Source of the DNA: Felis catus
Lineage: Eukaryota
NCBI RefSeq assembly: GCF_018350175.1
Contig: NC_058368.1
Coordinates: forward strand, 212,972,001-213,036,000
Length of the DNA: 64,000 nt
Reading direction: 5' to 3'
Shown here: positions 28,387-39,846 of the stretch, one piece after another
How positions within the stretch are numbered: the stretch's first letter is position 1
Layout: the number at the start of each line of letters is the position of its first letter
The notes under the pieces: generated by a model
The model's input: the letters and a program-made list of their open reading frames with translations, nothing else
Database searches by the model: none
Told to the model about the DNA's origin: nothing
Position numbers and translations under genes: made by a program

Positions 28387-28595
28387 AAAAACAGACTTTT
28401 AACTACAGAGAGCAAACTGAGAGTTACTGGAGGGGAGGTGGACAGATGGATGGACTAAATGGGTAATGAATATTAAGGAAGGCACTTGTGATGAGCCCTG
28501 AGTGTTTTATTAAATGATGGATGAATCACTAAATTCTACACCTGAAACTAAGATTACACTGTAGGTTAATAAACTGTAATTTAAATAAAAACTTG

Positions 28596-28815
28596 AGGAG
28601 CGCCTGGGTGGCTGTTGGTTGAGCATCTGAATTTGCCTAGGGTCATAATCTCACAGTTCGTGAGTTCGAGCCACACGTTGGGCTCACTGCTGTCAGTGCA
28701 GAACCGGCTTCCAATCCTCTGTCGCCATCTCTCTATACCCTTCCCCCATTCATGGTCTCTCTCTGTCTCTCGCTCTCTCTCTCTATCTCAAAAAATAAAT
28801 AAGCATTTTTTAAAG
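28596..28815 (+). mobile_element. Can-SINE in L1 tail
   Basis: Diverged SINE body with (CT)n and A-tail. Confidence 0.88.
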
Positions 28816-29079
28816 ATAAAATCAAAAACCCAAAAGGATAAAAAATAATAAAATAATAATAAATATGACTAATCAAATGTAAGTGGAAATTAATTGTTGG
28901 GTAAAATTTCCAGGAAGACTCTTAAAGGGGGGGCGTACTGAGCTCCTTGGTCTTTTCCCTTCTTCCTCCCTGGAATATGTACATGATGGCTGGAGTTCCA
29001 GCAGTAATATTAGACTGTGAAATGACCTTGGGAATGGAGTCCTTGTGCCAACGATGGTGGAGTAGAAAAATCAGTATCT

Positions 29080-29185
29080 GCACTCGCTTTGGCAGCACAT
29101 ATACTAAAATTTGAATGATACAAAGAAGATTAGTGTGGTCCCTGCACAAGGATGACACACAAATTTGTGAGCATTCCACATTTTT
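29080..29185 (+). pseudogene. Full-length U6 snRNA retro-pseudogene (5' part of a U6/L1 chimera)
   Basis: gcactcgctttggcagcacatatactaaaatttgaatgatacaaagaagattagtgtggtccctgcacaaggatgacacacaaatttgtgagcattccacattttt aligns end to end with U6. It has many substitutions, including in the ACAGAGA box, and sits inside a TSD. Confidence 0.93.
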
Positions 29186-29294
29186 AGGTGATGTGGAGTA
29201 CACTTGTGATGAGCACCGGGTTATTAAAATGAAAAATTTAAAAAAAAAAAAAGATTTTAACAATGGTGGCTAGATATATGTCAATAAATGTTTA

Positions 29295-29520
29295 GGGGTG
29301 CCTGGGTGGCTCAGTTGATTGGGTGTCCGACTTCGGCCCAGGTCATGATCTCCCGGTTCGTGGGTTCGAGCCCCACATTGGGCTCTGCGCTGACAGCTCA
29401 GAGCCTGGAACCTGCTTTGAATTCTGTGTCTCCCTCTCTTTCTGCCCCTTCCCTACTCACACTCTGTCTCTCTCTGTCTCTCAAAAATAAATAGACATTG
29501 AAAAAAAATTTTTTTAATAA
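29295..29520 (+). mobile_element. Can-SINE nested in the U6/L1 insertion
   Basis: TSD aataaatgttta at 29283-29294 and 29521-29532. Confidence 0.93.
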
Positions 29521-30623
29521 AATAAATGTTTATAGTGATGACTGAAAAAAGAAAAGAAAAATCAATATCTGAGTCCCCAGTGACAGACTGGTAGGCTTCT
29601 TTTACAAGAATGAACAAACTATATTATTAAGCCATTCTTTGTTTGAGTTTTTGGCCAATACATCTGAACTTAATCCTAACTAGTACTACTCAAGGTAGAT
29701 TGAGTAATTTATATTTTGTAAATTGGGCTATTTGTGGCTTCGTGAAATTTGGTGTTTATTTTCATTTTATTCTGTTTTACAGAAAGTCTTTAGAAGTTCT
29801 GTTCTTGTTCCAGTTGTACCCAGGAGCACAAGGCAAGAGAATTTTGCCCAGACAGAGACTGTGCACAGGTGGGTGGTGGTAATAACAAAATGAGAAGACA
29901 CATAAAGGTCATAATTAGAACTACAAATTGGCTTCCCTTCACCACTTTTACACATTGATAAACTTAAACAGTAGAGGTTCTGAATTACTAAGAGAAGAGA
30001 ATTATTCTTCATACATCCTAGAGAGCCATCAGATAAACCTTGAACATTCTTTAAAAGATAGAAAATATTTGGACACAGAAAAGAGAAGACAATGGACATT
30101 CCAAACAAGAGTAGTCTCATAAGCATGAACTCTGAGTGACAGTGTTCTGGATGGACTCAGAGGAATGGACTTGTTAGGGTGAAGGGTTCATCTGGAAAAA
30201 TCATAGGACTAGGTTTGGAAAAAGAATAGAGAAAGGTTTTAATAACATTATAGAGCCTGATTATTTCTCCCGAAATCATCAAGCAGAGCCTGAGGATTTT
30301 CTAGGTAGGGGGATAATATGATGAAACTAAAAATTTTAAAAGGTCAGTCTGGTCATGATATTAAAGATGGGTTTGGAACTGAAGGGAGTCTAGAGGTTAG
30401 AAGAGCCTTTGAGTGTTCTTATAATAATCCAGAGGTGAAACAGTCTTTTCCTGGATGGACTAAATTGATAGCAACAGGAATGGAAAGGAAGAGGAAGAGG
30501 TCAGTAAAGGCATATCGAAGGAAGTCATCAGGACAAGAGGACTTAAAAGTTTTAAGTAGCACTATCATGGTTATTAGGGAGCTTGTTTCTCTGAAAAACT
30601 AAGAAACTAAAAAAAAGTGTTAC

Positions 30624-30850
30624 TGGGGCGCCTGGATGGCTCAGTCGGTTGAGCGTCCGACTTCAGCTCAGGTCACGATCTCGCGGTCCGTGAGTTCGAG
30701 CCCCGCGTCGGGCTCTGGGCTGATGGCTCGGAGCCTGGAGCCTGCTTCCGATTCTGTGTCTCCCTCTCTCTCTGCCCCTCCCCCGTTCATGCTTTGTCTC
30801 TCTCTGTCTCAAAAATAAATAAACGTTAAAAAAAATTTTTTTTTTAAATA
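30624..30850 (+). mobile_element. Young Can-SINE
   Basis: TSD aaaaaaagtgttactg; CpGs intact. Confidence 0.95.
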
Positions 30851-31112
30851 AAAAAAAGTGTTACTGAGACCTATTACAAAAAGCATTAAGGAAAAGTTTC
30901 TGGGTTTTTAGGTCAGATACCAAAGTCAAAGTATATCTGAAAATCAGAACAGTCAAACATATTCAAAGAAAACAAAAATGTTCAACCTGAACAGTCCCAT
31001 TATTAAGCTGTGTCACCCAGACCCATAGAACAATTATGGAACTGTATACCTTTTGGTAGATTTATAAACTTCTCTATAGGGCAATCCAAGTGAAATGGTT
31101 AAATCCATAAGC

Positions 31113-31325
31113 TTTTTTTATTATAATTTTTTATTAATGTTTATTTATTTTTGAGACAGACAGAGAACATGAGCAGGGGAGGGGCAGAGAGAGGGAGACA
31201 GAGGATCTGAAGATGGCTCTGTGCTGACAGCAGAGAGTTTGATGCAGGGCTCGAACTCACAAACTGTGAGATCATGACCTGAGCTGAAGTCGGACGTTCA
31301 ACTGACTGAGCCACCCAGGTACCAC
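31113..31325 (-). mobile_element. Can-SINE
   Basis: TSD ataagcttt. Confidence 0.92.
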
Positions 31326-31521
31326 AAAACTATAAGCTTTGCTAAATGCAGTTTGGTATTTTGGACTGGATCCTGAGATACAAAAAGGACATTAGTGGGA
31401 AAACTGGTGAAATCTAAACAAAGTCTAGAGCTTAGTAAGTAGTAATGTACCAATATTAAACTCATAGTTTGAGCAAATGTACCATAGTTACATAAGATGT
31501 TATTATTAGGGGAAACTGAGT

Positions 31522-31875
31522 ATGTTAGCCCATTCAGGCTGCTGTAACAAAAATACCATAGACTGGGTGGCTTGAACAAAAACGTTTATTTCTCACAGTT
31601 CTGGAGGCTTGGAAGTCCAAGATTAAGGTGCTGGAAGATTCAGCGTCTGGTGATGGCCCACTTCCTGTTTCGTAGAGAGCCGATCTCTCACTGTGTTCTC
31701 AGATTGTGGAAGCGGTGAGGGAGCTCTCTGGGTTCTCTTTTACAAGGGCACTCATCCCATGCATTAGGGGTCCACCCTCATCACCTAATCACCTCCCAAG
31801 GGTCACACCTCCCAATATCATCATACTGGGGTTCAACGTATGAACTCTGGGACAGAACATTCAGTCCATAGCACT
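31522..31875 (-). mobile_element. MaLR solo LTR (MLT1A-like), inserted in an old L1 3' end
   Basis: ggctgctgtaacaaaataccatagactgggtggctt...ctcacagttctggaggc...tcacctcccaagggtc...cattcagtccatagca. Confidence 0.8.
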
Positions 31876-32231
31876 GGGAATACAGGAACTCTCTGTATAT
31901 CTTTGTAACTTTTCTGTAAATCTAAAACTGTTCTAAAATAAAAAGCCAGAAACTTGAAGCCAATCAGACCTAGACTGAACTCCAGCTGAATGAATTTAGG
32001 CAATTTCCCTAAACCTCACTTTCCTCACAAATGAAAGAGGGCAACAATAGTACTGATCTCATGGTAAATAAGGACACAATACAGGTAAAATCCAAAGTGC
32101 CCTGCCTAGTACCCAGTAACACTGTTTTATTTGTTGTGGTATTGGTGAACTCTTTATTCAAAAGTGTTCCCAAATAACTCACAAAGTAATGGAAAGATCT
32201 AAAAACTTGCTGGTCAAAAAACAATTCAACC

Positions 32232-33505
32232 ACAACACACCTACCAGAATGACCAAAATCTGAAACACTAACAACACCAAATACTGGTGAGGATGTGAAA
32301 AAACAGGAACGCTCGTTCATTGCTGATGGGAATGATTTATTCCTAGGTATTTTATGCTTCTTGGTGCAATTGTGAATGGGATCAGTTTCTTTATTTGTCT
32401 TTCTGTTGCTTCATTGTTAGTGTATAAGAATGCTACTGATTTCTGTACATTGATTTTGTATCCTGCAACTTTGCTGAATTCCTGTATCAGTTCTAGCAGA
32501 CTTTTGGTGGAGTCTATCGGATTTTCCATGTATAATATCATGTCGTCTGCAAAAAGCGAAAGCTTAACTTCATCTTTGCCAATTTTGATGCCTTTGATTT
32601 CCTTTTGTTGTCTGATTGCTGATGCTAGAACTTCCAGCACTATGTTAAACAGCAGCGGTGAGAGTGGGCATCCTTGTCGTGTTCCTGATCTCAGGGAAAA
32701 AGCTCTCAGTTTTTCCCTGTTGAGGATGATGTTAGCTGTGGGCTTTTCATGAAAAATGGTGCAGTAGTTTGGCTGTTTCTTACAAAACTAAACATACTCT
32801 TACTATATGATCCAGCAGTCATGTTCCTTGGTTTTTACCCAAAGAAATTTAAAACTTATACCCATACAAAACATGCACATGGATGTTTATAGAAGCTTTA
32901 TTCATAATTGCCAAAACTTGGACGCAATGAAGATGTCCTTCAGTAGGTAAATGGATCAATCAACTGTGGCACATCAGACAATGGAATATTATTCAGCACT
33001 AAAATAAATGAGTTGTCAAGCCATGAAAAGACATGAAGGAACCTTAAATGCATATTACTAAGTGAAAGAAATCAATCTGCAAAGGCTGCATTCTGTACGA
33101 TTCCAACTATATGACATTCTGGAAAGACAAAGCTATGGAAATAGTAAAAGATCACTGGTTACCAGAGTTTGGGGAGTGGACAGAGATGAATACAAAGAAC
33201 ACAGAGTATGTTTAAGGCAGTGAAAATCATCTTTTTGATACCATAATGATGGATATGTGTCATTATACATTTGTCCAAACCCATAGAATGTACACCATGA
33301 ATGAATCCTAATGTCAACCATAGGCTTTCAGTGATTATGATGTGTCAATGCAGGTTCAACATTTGTAACAAATGTACCATTCTGGTGTCAGCTATTGATA
33401 ATTAGGAGGAAATTATACACATATGAAGGCAGAAGAATATGGGAAACCTCTATACCTTCCTCTTAATTTTGCTATGAACTTAAAACTGCCCTTAAAAAGG
33501 AAGTC
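32232..33505 (+). mobile_element. Old L1 (L1MB/MC-like) 3' region, host of the inserted RT fragment
   Basis: ORF2 end and 3' UTR (ggctgtttcttacaaaactaaacatactc; ccatagaatgtaca; taaaactgcccttaaaaa). Confidence 0.8.
32335..32750 (-). mobile_element. Internal young L1 ORF2 fragment encoding the RT core
   Basis: Open frame [77 protein letters not shown]...IKYLGIN. Confidence 0.95.
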
Positions 33506-34460
33506 TTTTTTTTTTTTTTTAATCTCTTGGATAAATACCTAGTAGTGCCATTGCTGGGTCGTATGGTAATTCTATTTTTAACTTTTTGAGGAACCTCCAT
33601 ACTATTTTCCAGAGTCACTGCACCAGTTTGCATTCCCACCAACAGTGTAAGACCGTTCCCCTTTCTCCACATCCTCGCCAACATCTGTTGTTTTCTGTGT
33701 TAATTTTAGTCATTCTGACCGGTGTGAGGTGCTATCTTATTGTGGTTTTGATTTGTATTTCCCTGATGATGAGTGACGTTGAGCCTCTTTTCATGTGTCT
33801 CTTGGCCATCTGGATGTCTTCTTTGGAAAAATGTCTGTTTATATCTTCTGCCCATTTCTTAACTGCCCATTTCTTTTTATTTTTTTATTTTTTTTAAGTG
33901 TATTTGTTTTGAGAAAGAGAGAGAGAGCACATGCAGGGAGCATAAGAGAGAAGTAGAGACAGAATCCCAAGCAGGCTCCACAACATCAGCTCAGAGCCCC
34001 ACGTGGGGCTTAAACTCACAAACCGTGAGATCGTGACCTGAGCCAAGATCAAGAGTCGGACGCTTAACTGACTGTGCTACTCAGGTACCCCTTAACTGCC
34101 CATTTCTTAACTGCATTATTATTTTGGGTGTTGAGTTTTATAACTTATAACTTATATTTTGGATTCCAACTCTTTGTCAGATATATCACTTGCAAATAAT
34201 CTTCTCCCATTCCATAGGTTGCCTTTTAGTTTTGTTGATTGTTTCATTGGCTCTGAAGAAACTTATTATTTTGATGAAGTTCCAATAGTTTATTTTTGCT
34301 TTTGTTTCCCTTGCCTCAGGAGACACATTTAGTAAGCAGTGTTGCTATGGCCGATGTCAAAGAAGTATGGAAGTGTCGAATCATTAAATTCTATACCTGA
34401 AACTAATATTATACTATATGTTAACTAACTGGAATTTAAATAAAAACGTAAGAAAAAAAT
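33506..34460. mobile_element. LINE-1 with inverted ORF2 segment (33506-34362, minus) joined to a plus-strand terminal 3' UTR (34363-34460); nested SINE
   Basis: Antisense ORF2 3' region, then gaatcattaaattctatacctgaaactaatatt...aaataaaaa in sense orientation. Confidence 0.8.
33876..34090 (-). mobile_element. Can-SINE nested in L1
   Basis: TSD cttaactgcccatttctt at 33858-33875 and 34091-34108. Confidence 0.92.
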
Positions 34461-34506
34461 GAAGTATTTCTTTAAAGAAATGAAAAACATTCATATTTGA
34501 TTTTTT

Positions 34507-34731
34507 ATCGAGGTATAAATGACATACAATGTATTATTTCCAGGTGTCCAACATAATGATTAGATATTTGCATACCCTGGGAAATGATCACCACCGTTAA
34601 GTGTAGATTACATCTGTCACCAAACATAGCTACAGAATTTTTTTCTTGTGATGAGAACTTTACTCTCTTAGCAACTTTCAAAAATGCAATAAAGTTATAT
34701 TCACTATAGTCACCATGCTATACATTACAAG
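34507..34731 (-). mobile_element. Short L1 3'-end fragment
   Basis: Same family text as 18520-18794; TSD atttgatttttt at 34495-34506 and 34732-34743. Confidence 0.8.
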
Positions 34732-34771
34732 ATTTGATTTTTTAATGAGATTGGATTTAATGTTATAGGTA

Positions 34772-35178
34772 CTGTGATGGTCACTTTTATGCATCAACTT
34801 GGTTGAGCTGCAGTCCTGCATTTATTTAATCAAACACTAATCTAGGCGTTTCTAGGTATTTTGTAGATATAATTAAAGTCCACAATCCTGTTGACTTTAA
34901 CTGAAGGAAACTATAGATAACGTGGATAGGCCTGATTAAATCAGTTGAAACGCTTTTAAGAGTAGAACTGAGTCTTTCATGAGGAAGAAATTCCACCCGT
35001 GGATAGCAGATAAGGCTCTTACTCAAGAAATCTGACCTGCCTTTCCTGCAAACCTGCCTTATAAATTTTGGACTTGCCCTGCCACCCCCACAATCACCTA
35101 AGCCAATTCTGTGGAATAAATCTTTTAATATGTATCTCCCATTGGTTCTGTTTCTCTGGTTGAACCTAGACTGATACA
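34772..35178 (+). mobile_element. ERVL solo LTR (MLT2-like)
   Basis: tgtgatggtcacttttatgcatcaacttgg...aataaatc...ttggttctgtttctctggttgaacctagactgataca. Confidence 0.75.
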
Positions 35179-36230
35179 GGTAACTTCACCTAAGATTCTG
35201 GATTCACGGTATGCCACCTCAGGCAGCTTGGGTTTCTCCAATATTAACCTAAGGTGACCAATGTTAAACAAAGTTGAGGTGACAGAAATCCATTAATATA
35301 ATGCAGAGGAGTGCATTCTAGGTGGGTTTATCATGTTTCCCTCTTTCAGCTCACACCCAAAGCAGTATGGAGTAGAGCCCCCTTCTGACCAACTGATGAA
35401 GGAGCACAGGGCTGAAAATAGACTGCTGCCATGCTGTAGTCAATTCAGGGGCAGCCCTGAAACACGGCAGTGAAGGGAAGTATTCACAAGGAGCAGAGCT
35501 TTGGGCCGAACACTTAGTCATCCACCTCATGTGGAAAGAGCAGGGGCTCGAGGTAAGAGCATTCACAGACCATAAATGTATACCATTGTCCACCTCTGGT
35601 GAAATACAAACTGTTCTAATCCTCCTTTCGGGAATGGAAAGGAACACATTCATCAGTGTTCTTCAGTGTTCATTCACATCAGTGTTCATTAACCACTATC
35701 TGTGTGCCTAAGGCTTTGTGTACATGCCCAAATCTGGCACAACAGCTGCAGTTCAAGATATTACCTGGTTGAGTGGTGGTAATCTTCTGTAGTCCTCCGT
35801 GATCAGTCTAGATTTTGTAGGGGCCGAATCTGTGAATTAAACAGGGATGCATGAGGGCCACTACCCCCTACATCACTTAGGGTAACATGAGCCTGTGCTA
35901 TTTCCCATGAGGATGTAATATTAACTGGGCTGGGGCAGTGGGCAGGGGATAAGGAGCTTCAGGGATTCCCACTGTGGTGCTCTTATCTTTCAGGCCCAGG
36001 AGCAAATGTAGAGGTTCTGCCATATACCAATTTAGGGACCAGGGAAATGGCCACTGCTCAGTCTATAGACCCAGCTAACCCGCTAGGAAATAGACCTGGG
36101 TCAAGACTCTATTACCTGGCCTCCCACTTGCCCCCACTGTAACAGTGATCCATAAAACTGCTTTGGGTTCTCAGATAGCAATGTCAACTTGTCCCCTATG
36201 TCCAACAGTTTTTGAAATGTTTGGTTATTC

Positions 36231-36284
36231 CTTCCCCACCCCCCACCCCCCACCCCCCACCCCCCCCCCCCCCCCCCCCCCCCC
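36231..36284. repeat. (CCCCCA)n/poly-C tract
   Basis: Directly visible. Confidence 0.9.
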
Positions 36285-38767
36285 GTGGTTGGTTATATAA
36301 GCAAATGGCCACAGGTCTCTCTGGGAAAGGACTAGAGGAAACATTACTATATCTACTTGTCATATTGTTGCAGTATCTTTCCTTCTGGAGACATAGCTCC
36401 TAAATTCAGGGTATCGGAGTCTTAAAACAGCTCATGTCTGAAAACTGAGCAAAGGATTATGACTTTTAGGTCTGGCTGCATTCAACCCTTTTATCATCCA
36501 TCCTTGATTTCTCTCAATAGTTTAAATTAAGCAATACCTTTGTTGCCTGCCCATCTGTCTTTCTCCCGGGGAGCACATCTATTAACCAATTCTGTAGGCT
36601 TCTTAGACATCAGATCCACCCACCCCCATGACCCTTCAATTTTGTAGCCTCATTGCTTCTGATGATTAAACACCTGCTGGTCTTTATTATTTTGGAGTTC
36701 TTTTATCCCCTTCTTATCAGGAAACCCAGTTCTATCGTCAGCCCTGTACTACAGGGACAACAACCAAAGAGTGAATCTGGTGCCCTCTCACCAGAGCATT
36801 CTTTAATATGTTGATAAATGGACTGTTCTCTGGGCCCCTCCCCAGAATGGGCTTTCTGGCCTTCGATTATATGTCCATTCCAGCATGCACTCCTCTCTGA
36901 GCTTTCTGACCTACTTTTCCACCATCTGCCACAGCAGTTCTGGAATTTCTACTTCACTTGGTGTGGGCCTTGCCTTTCTTCAAACTTTCAAGAACTATCA
37001 TTTCCCAGGGTCATTGCCAAAGGTGTTAAGTCACATATCATGGAAGAATGCTCCCGTGATCAACTCTTATTTCATTAAGCTCTAATCGCCCTTCAGTTGG
37101 CACCCTCAGGATCCAGTTCCATCTCTATCCTCCCGGCTGCTGCTAGCGCATGTCAGTGCGTTCCCTCATACAGCCTCTATCCTCCCTAGCAGGTTGGCAC
37201 TTCCCCAGCCGAGTTTTACTGTGATTTAACCCTGCTTTTTGGCCTGATAGCCAGGTCAGGAGATGGGTGTAGATCCTGAGGGGGCTTCATATTAGTTACA
37301 TGAAGAATAATTCATCATGTTAGGCAGGTGATTTTCTTGTTTGGCTGCATGGTGTGGGGATGCCAATGAAGGTGAAAATTGAGATGCCGAAGTGATCTCT
37401 GCAGTGCATATTCATCAGGGTTTTTCCCCCACGGCCTCCCCAACCCCCACTCCTCCCAATTTTAGGACAATCTAGGTGGGATTCGGTGCTCTGCCTCCCA
37501 CTGTGGAAATCAGGTCAAGGAGAGCCTTTCCTCTTTCCACTCCCTACCAGCCAGCACACAGCTGCCTGGCCTCTTTTTGCCGAGGTCCAGTCATCTGGAA
37601 GGAGGGGCGCCTGGGGGGCTGAGACTATTAGGAAGACGTGGATGTGTCAGAGAGGCAGGTGACCTTGGCATTACTGACCCGGGAGTGGCCGGCGTGGCTG
37701 CAGCCTTGCTTCTGGCATGCGTCAGTCCTGGTTCTGATTCTCATGCAACTGGGACTGGCTGTTCTCAGCACCTCACCTATATCCCCTCTGTGTGCTGCAG
37801 CCCGGAGTCAACCGCCACTGGCTGCATCTCTAACTGGAGGCTTTCCCCAGAGCAGGAGAAGCCTGCCCTCCCTGTGCTAAGGGCAGCTGGAACGGTGGGA
37901 CAGTGAGCAGCCCCAGAGCGGTCCCCAGGCTAGGACTAACAGAAGTCAGTGCATAACCATCCCAATGCCCGCGATCCCAATGCCCGTCCCACGTAAGCAA
38001 GCTAACTCAAAGATCCATGTTTCCACAGGTTCAAAGAGTTCCTTCCGCTGGGGGGTCATTTCAGGGGCCCACAGTGGTAGCTGTGATTATACACCCTGTA
38101 TCAGCTGCCTCCCTTCCCATCTCACTTCACCACCCTCCTAACCAATGTTTCTGCCACCCCCCAAATAAGCTACTTGCTTTCAAAGTCTTTCCTCAGAGTC
38201 TGCTTCTGGGGCACCAAACAGGTTTTCTTCAGCAAAAAAGGGATTTCACTGGGAAGCCACTGGAGGCAATGCAAAGCTCACAACCAAGCCGTAAAATAGA
38301 TAATCCACAGAACTCAGCAGGGGTAGGCCCAGCAAGAGCCTAGCCCACATGCTTCCATATCTCTGAGAGGAGCCAGAGTCTGAGAGACGGTCCAGTCTGC
38401 AGACCTCAGTTCCAGGGCTAGCCCTGGCTGTGTGTGCGGGTTGGAAAGGAGAAAATGTTCCCTTTGGCTTCTGACATGGAAGGTGGGTGTCTCCTCCCAT
38501 CAAGACTTGTAACATGAGCTGGGTGCTCTTACAAAAAAAGTTGAACTCTTAAAAGACGGGGGGAAAAAGGCAAATGTCTACTCCAAGCAGAAAAAAACTT
38601 AGTGGCCTTGAATGTATTTCAGTCTCCAGGGTGATGAAGAAGATGTGAAGCCACTGGTTGTTTTCTGCTATTACCACCCAAGTAGTAATCATACCCTTTG
38701 CCATCTGCTTATCAAAATGTCTGTGGTATGAAAGCTTTATGACAGTCAAAATGTCATGTTCCTTCCC

Positions 38768-38982
38768 AGGGCGCCTGGGTTGCTTAGTGGGTTGGGCATC
38801 TGACTTTGGCTCAGGTCATGATCTCACGGTTTGGTTCGTGGGTTTTGAGCCCTGCATCGGGCTCTGTGCTGACAGCTCAGAGCCTGGAGCCTGCTTCAGA
38901 TTCTGTGTCTCCCTCTCTCTGCCCCTCCCCCTGCTGGTGTGCGCTCTCTCTCTCTCTCAAAAATAAATAAACTTTTTTAAAA
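38768..38982 (+). mobile_element. Can-SINE
   Basis: TSD aaaatgtcatgttccttcc. Confidence 0.93.
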
Positions 38983-39250
38983 AAATGTCATGTTCCTTCC
39001 CAATCTGATACTGAAATTTTTTAATCTGTCATTTCTTAATTTCCCTTTGTAAACTCTATTAGGATCTACTCTCTATATTTGCAAAACAATTCATCTTTCT
39101 CTTATACTAGATGTTCCATTCCCCCCAGCTTCCTTTATATTATTATAAATCATATCTCATTTTTTCTTTTTTTTTTCCTAATCTCACAAGATCATAAGGG
39201 CACAGAACTGAGATCTGAGAAGGCAATATAGCATAATAAGAGGAACTCCT

Positions 39251-39846
39251 TTTTTTTATTTTATTTTTTATTTTTTAAAATTTACATCCAAATTAGTTAG
39301 CATATAGTGTAACAATGATTTCAGGAGTAGATTCCTTACTGCCCCTTACCCATTTAGCCCATCTCCCCTCCCACAACCCCTCCAGCAACCCTCAGTTTTT
39401 TCTCCATATTTATGAGTCTCTTCTGTTTTGTCCCCCTCCCTGTTTTTATATTATTTTTGTTTCCCTTCACTTATGTTCATCTGTTTTGTCTCTTAAAGTC
39501 CTCATATGAGTGAAGTCATATGATTTTTGTCTTTCTCTGACTGACTAATTTCACTTAGCATAATACCCTCCAATTCCATCCACGTAGTTGCAGATGGCAA
39601 GATTTCATTCTTTTTGATTGTCGAGTAATACTCCATTGTGTATATATGTCACATCTTCTTTATCCATTCATCCATCCATGGACATTTGGGCTGTTTCCAT
39701 ACTTTGGCTATTGTTGATAGTGCTGCTATAAACATGGGGGTGCATGTGTCCCTTCGAAACAGCACACCTGTATCCCGTGGATAACTGCCTAGTAGTGCAA
39801 TTGTTGGGTCGGAGGGTAGTTCTGTTTTTAGTTTTTTGAAGAACTG
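39251..39846 (-). mobile_element. Young 5'-truncated felid LINE-1 3' end
   Basis: Near reverse complement of 9170-9740; perfect TSD taagaggaactccttttt at 39237-39254 and 39847-39864. Confidence 0.93.

Larger units (their letters stand above)
27747..28859 (+). mobile_element. 5'-truncated LINE-1 3' end with two nested SINEs, inserted in an MLT1 LTR
   Basis: ORF2 end (gagcccaaatgcccatcgactgaagaatgg) and 3' UTR; TSD taaatatggccaatca 27731-27746 / taaatatgactaatca 28860-28875. Confidence 0.88.
27581..29680 (+). mobile_element. Old MaLR LTR (MLT1-type) split by L1, SINE and U6 insertions
   Basis: MLT1-like text either side of the inserts (catgatggctggagttccagcag...gatggtggagtagaa|...gagtccccagtgac...attaagcca). 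Confidence 0.55.

Noticed and set aside
29080..29185. Functional U6 snRNA gene
   Set aside because: Mutated ACAGAGA box, many substitutions, no PSE/TATA upstream, enclosed by a TSD
32317..32640. Reverse-transcriptase ORF as part of a novel RT system or domesticated gene
   Set aside because: Plain LINE-1 ORF2 fragment with no promoter, native start or splice context; kept only as an insertion-mechanism finding
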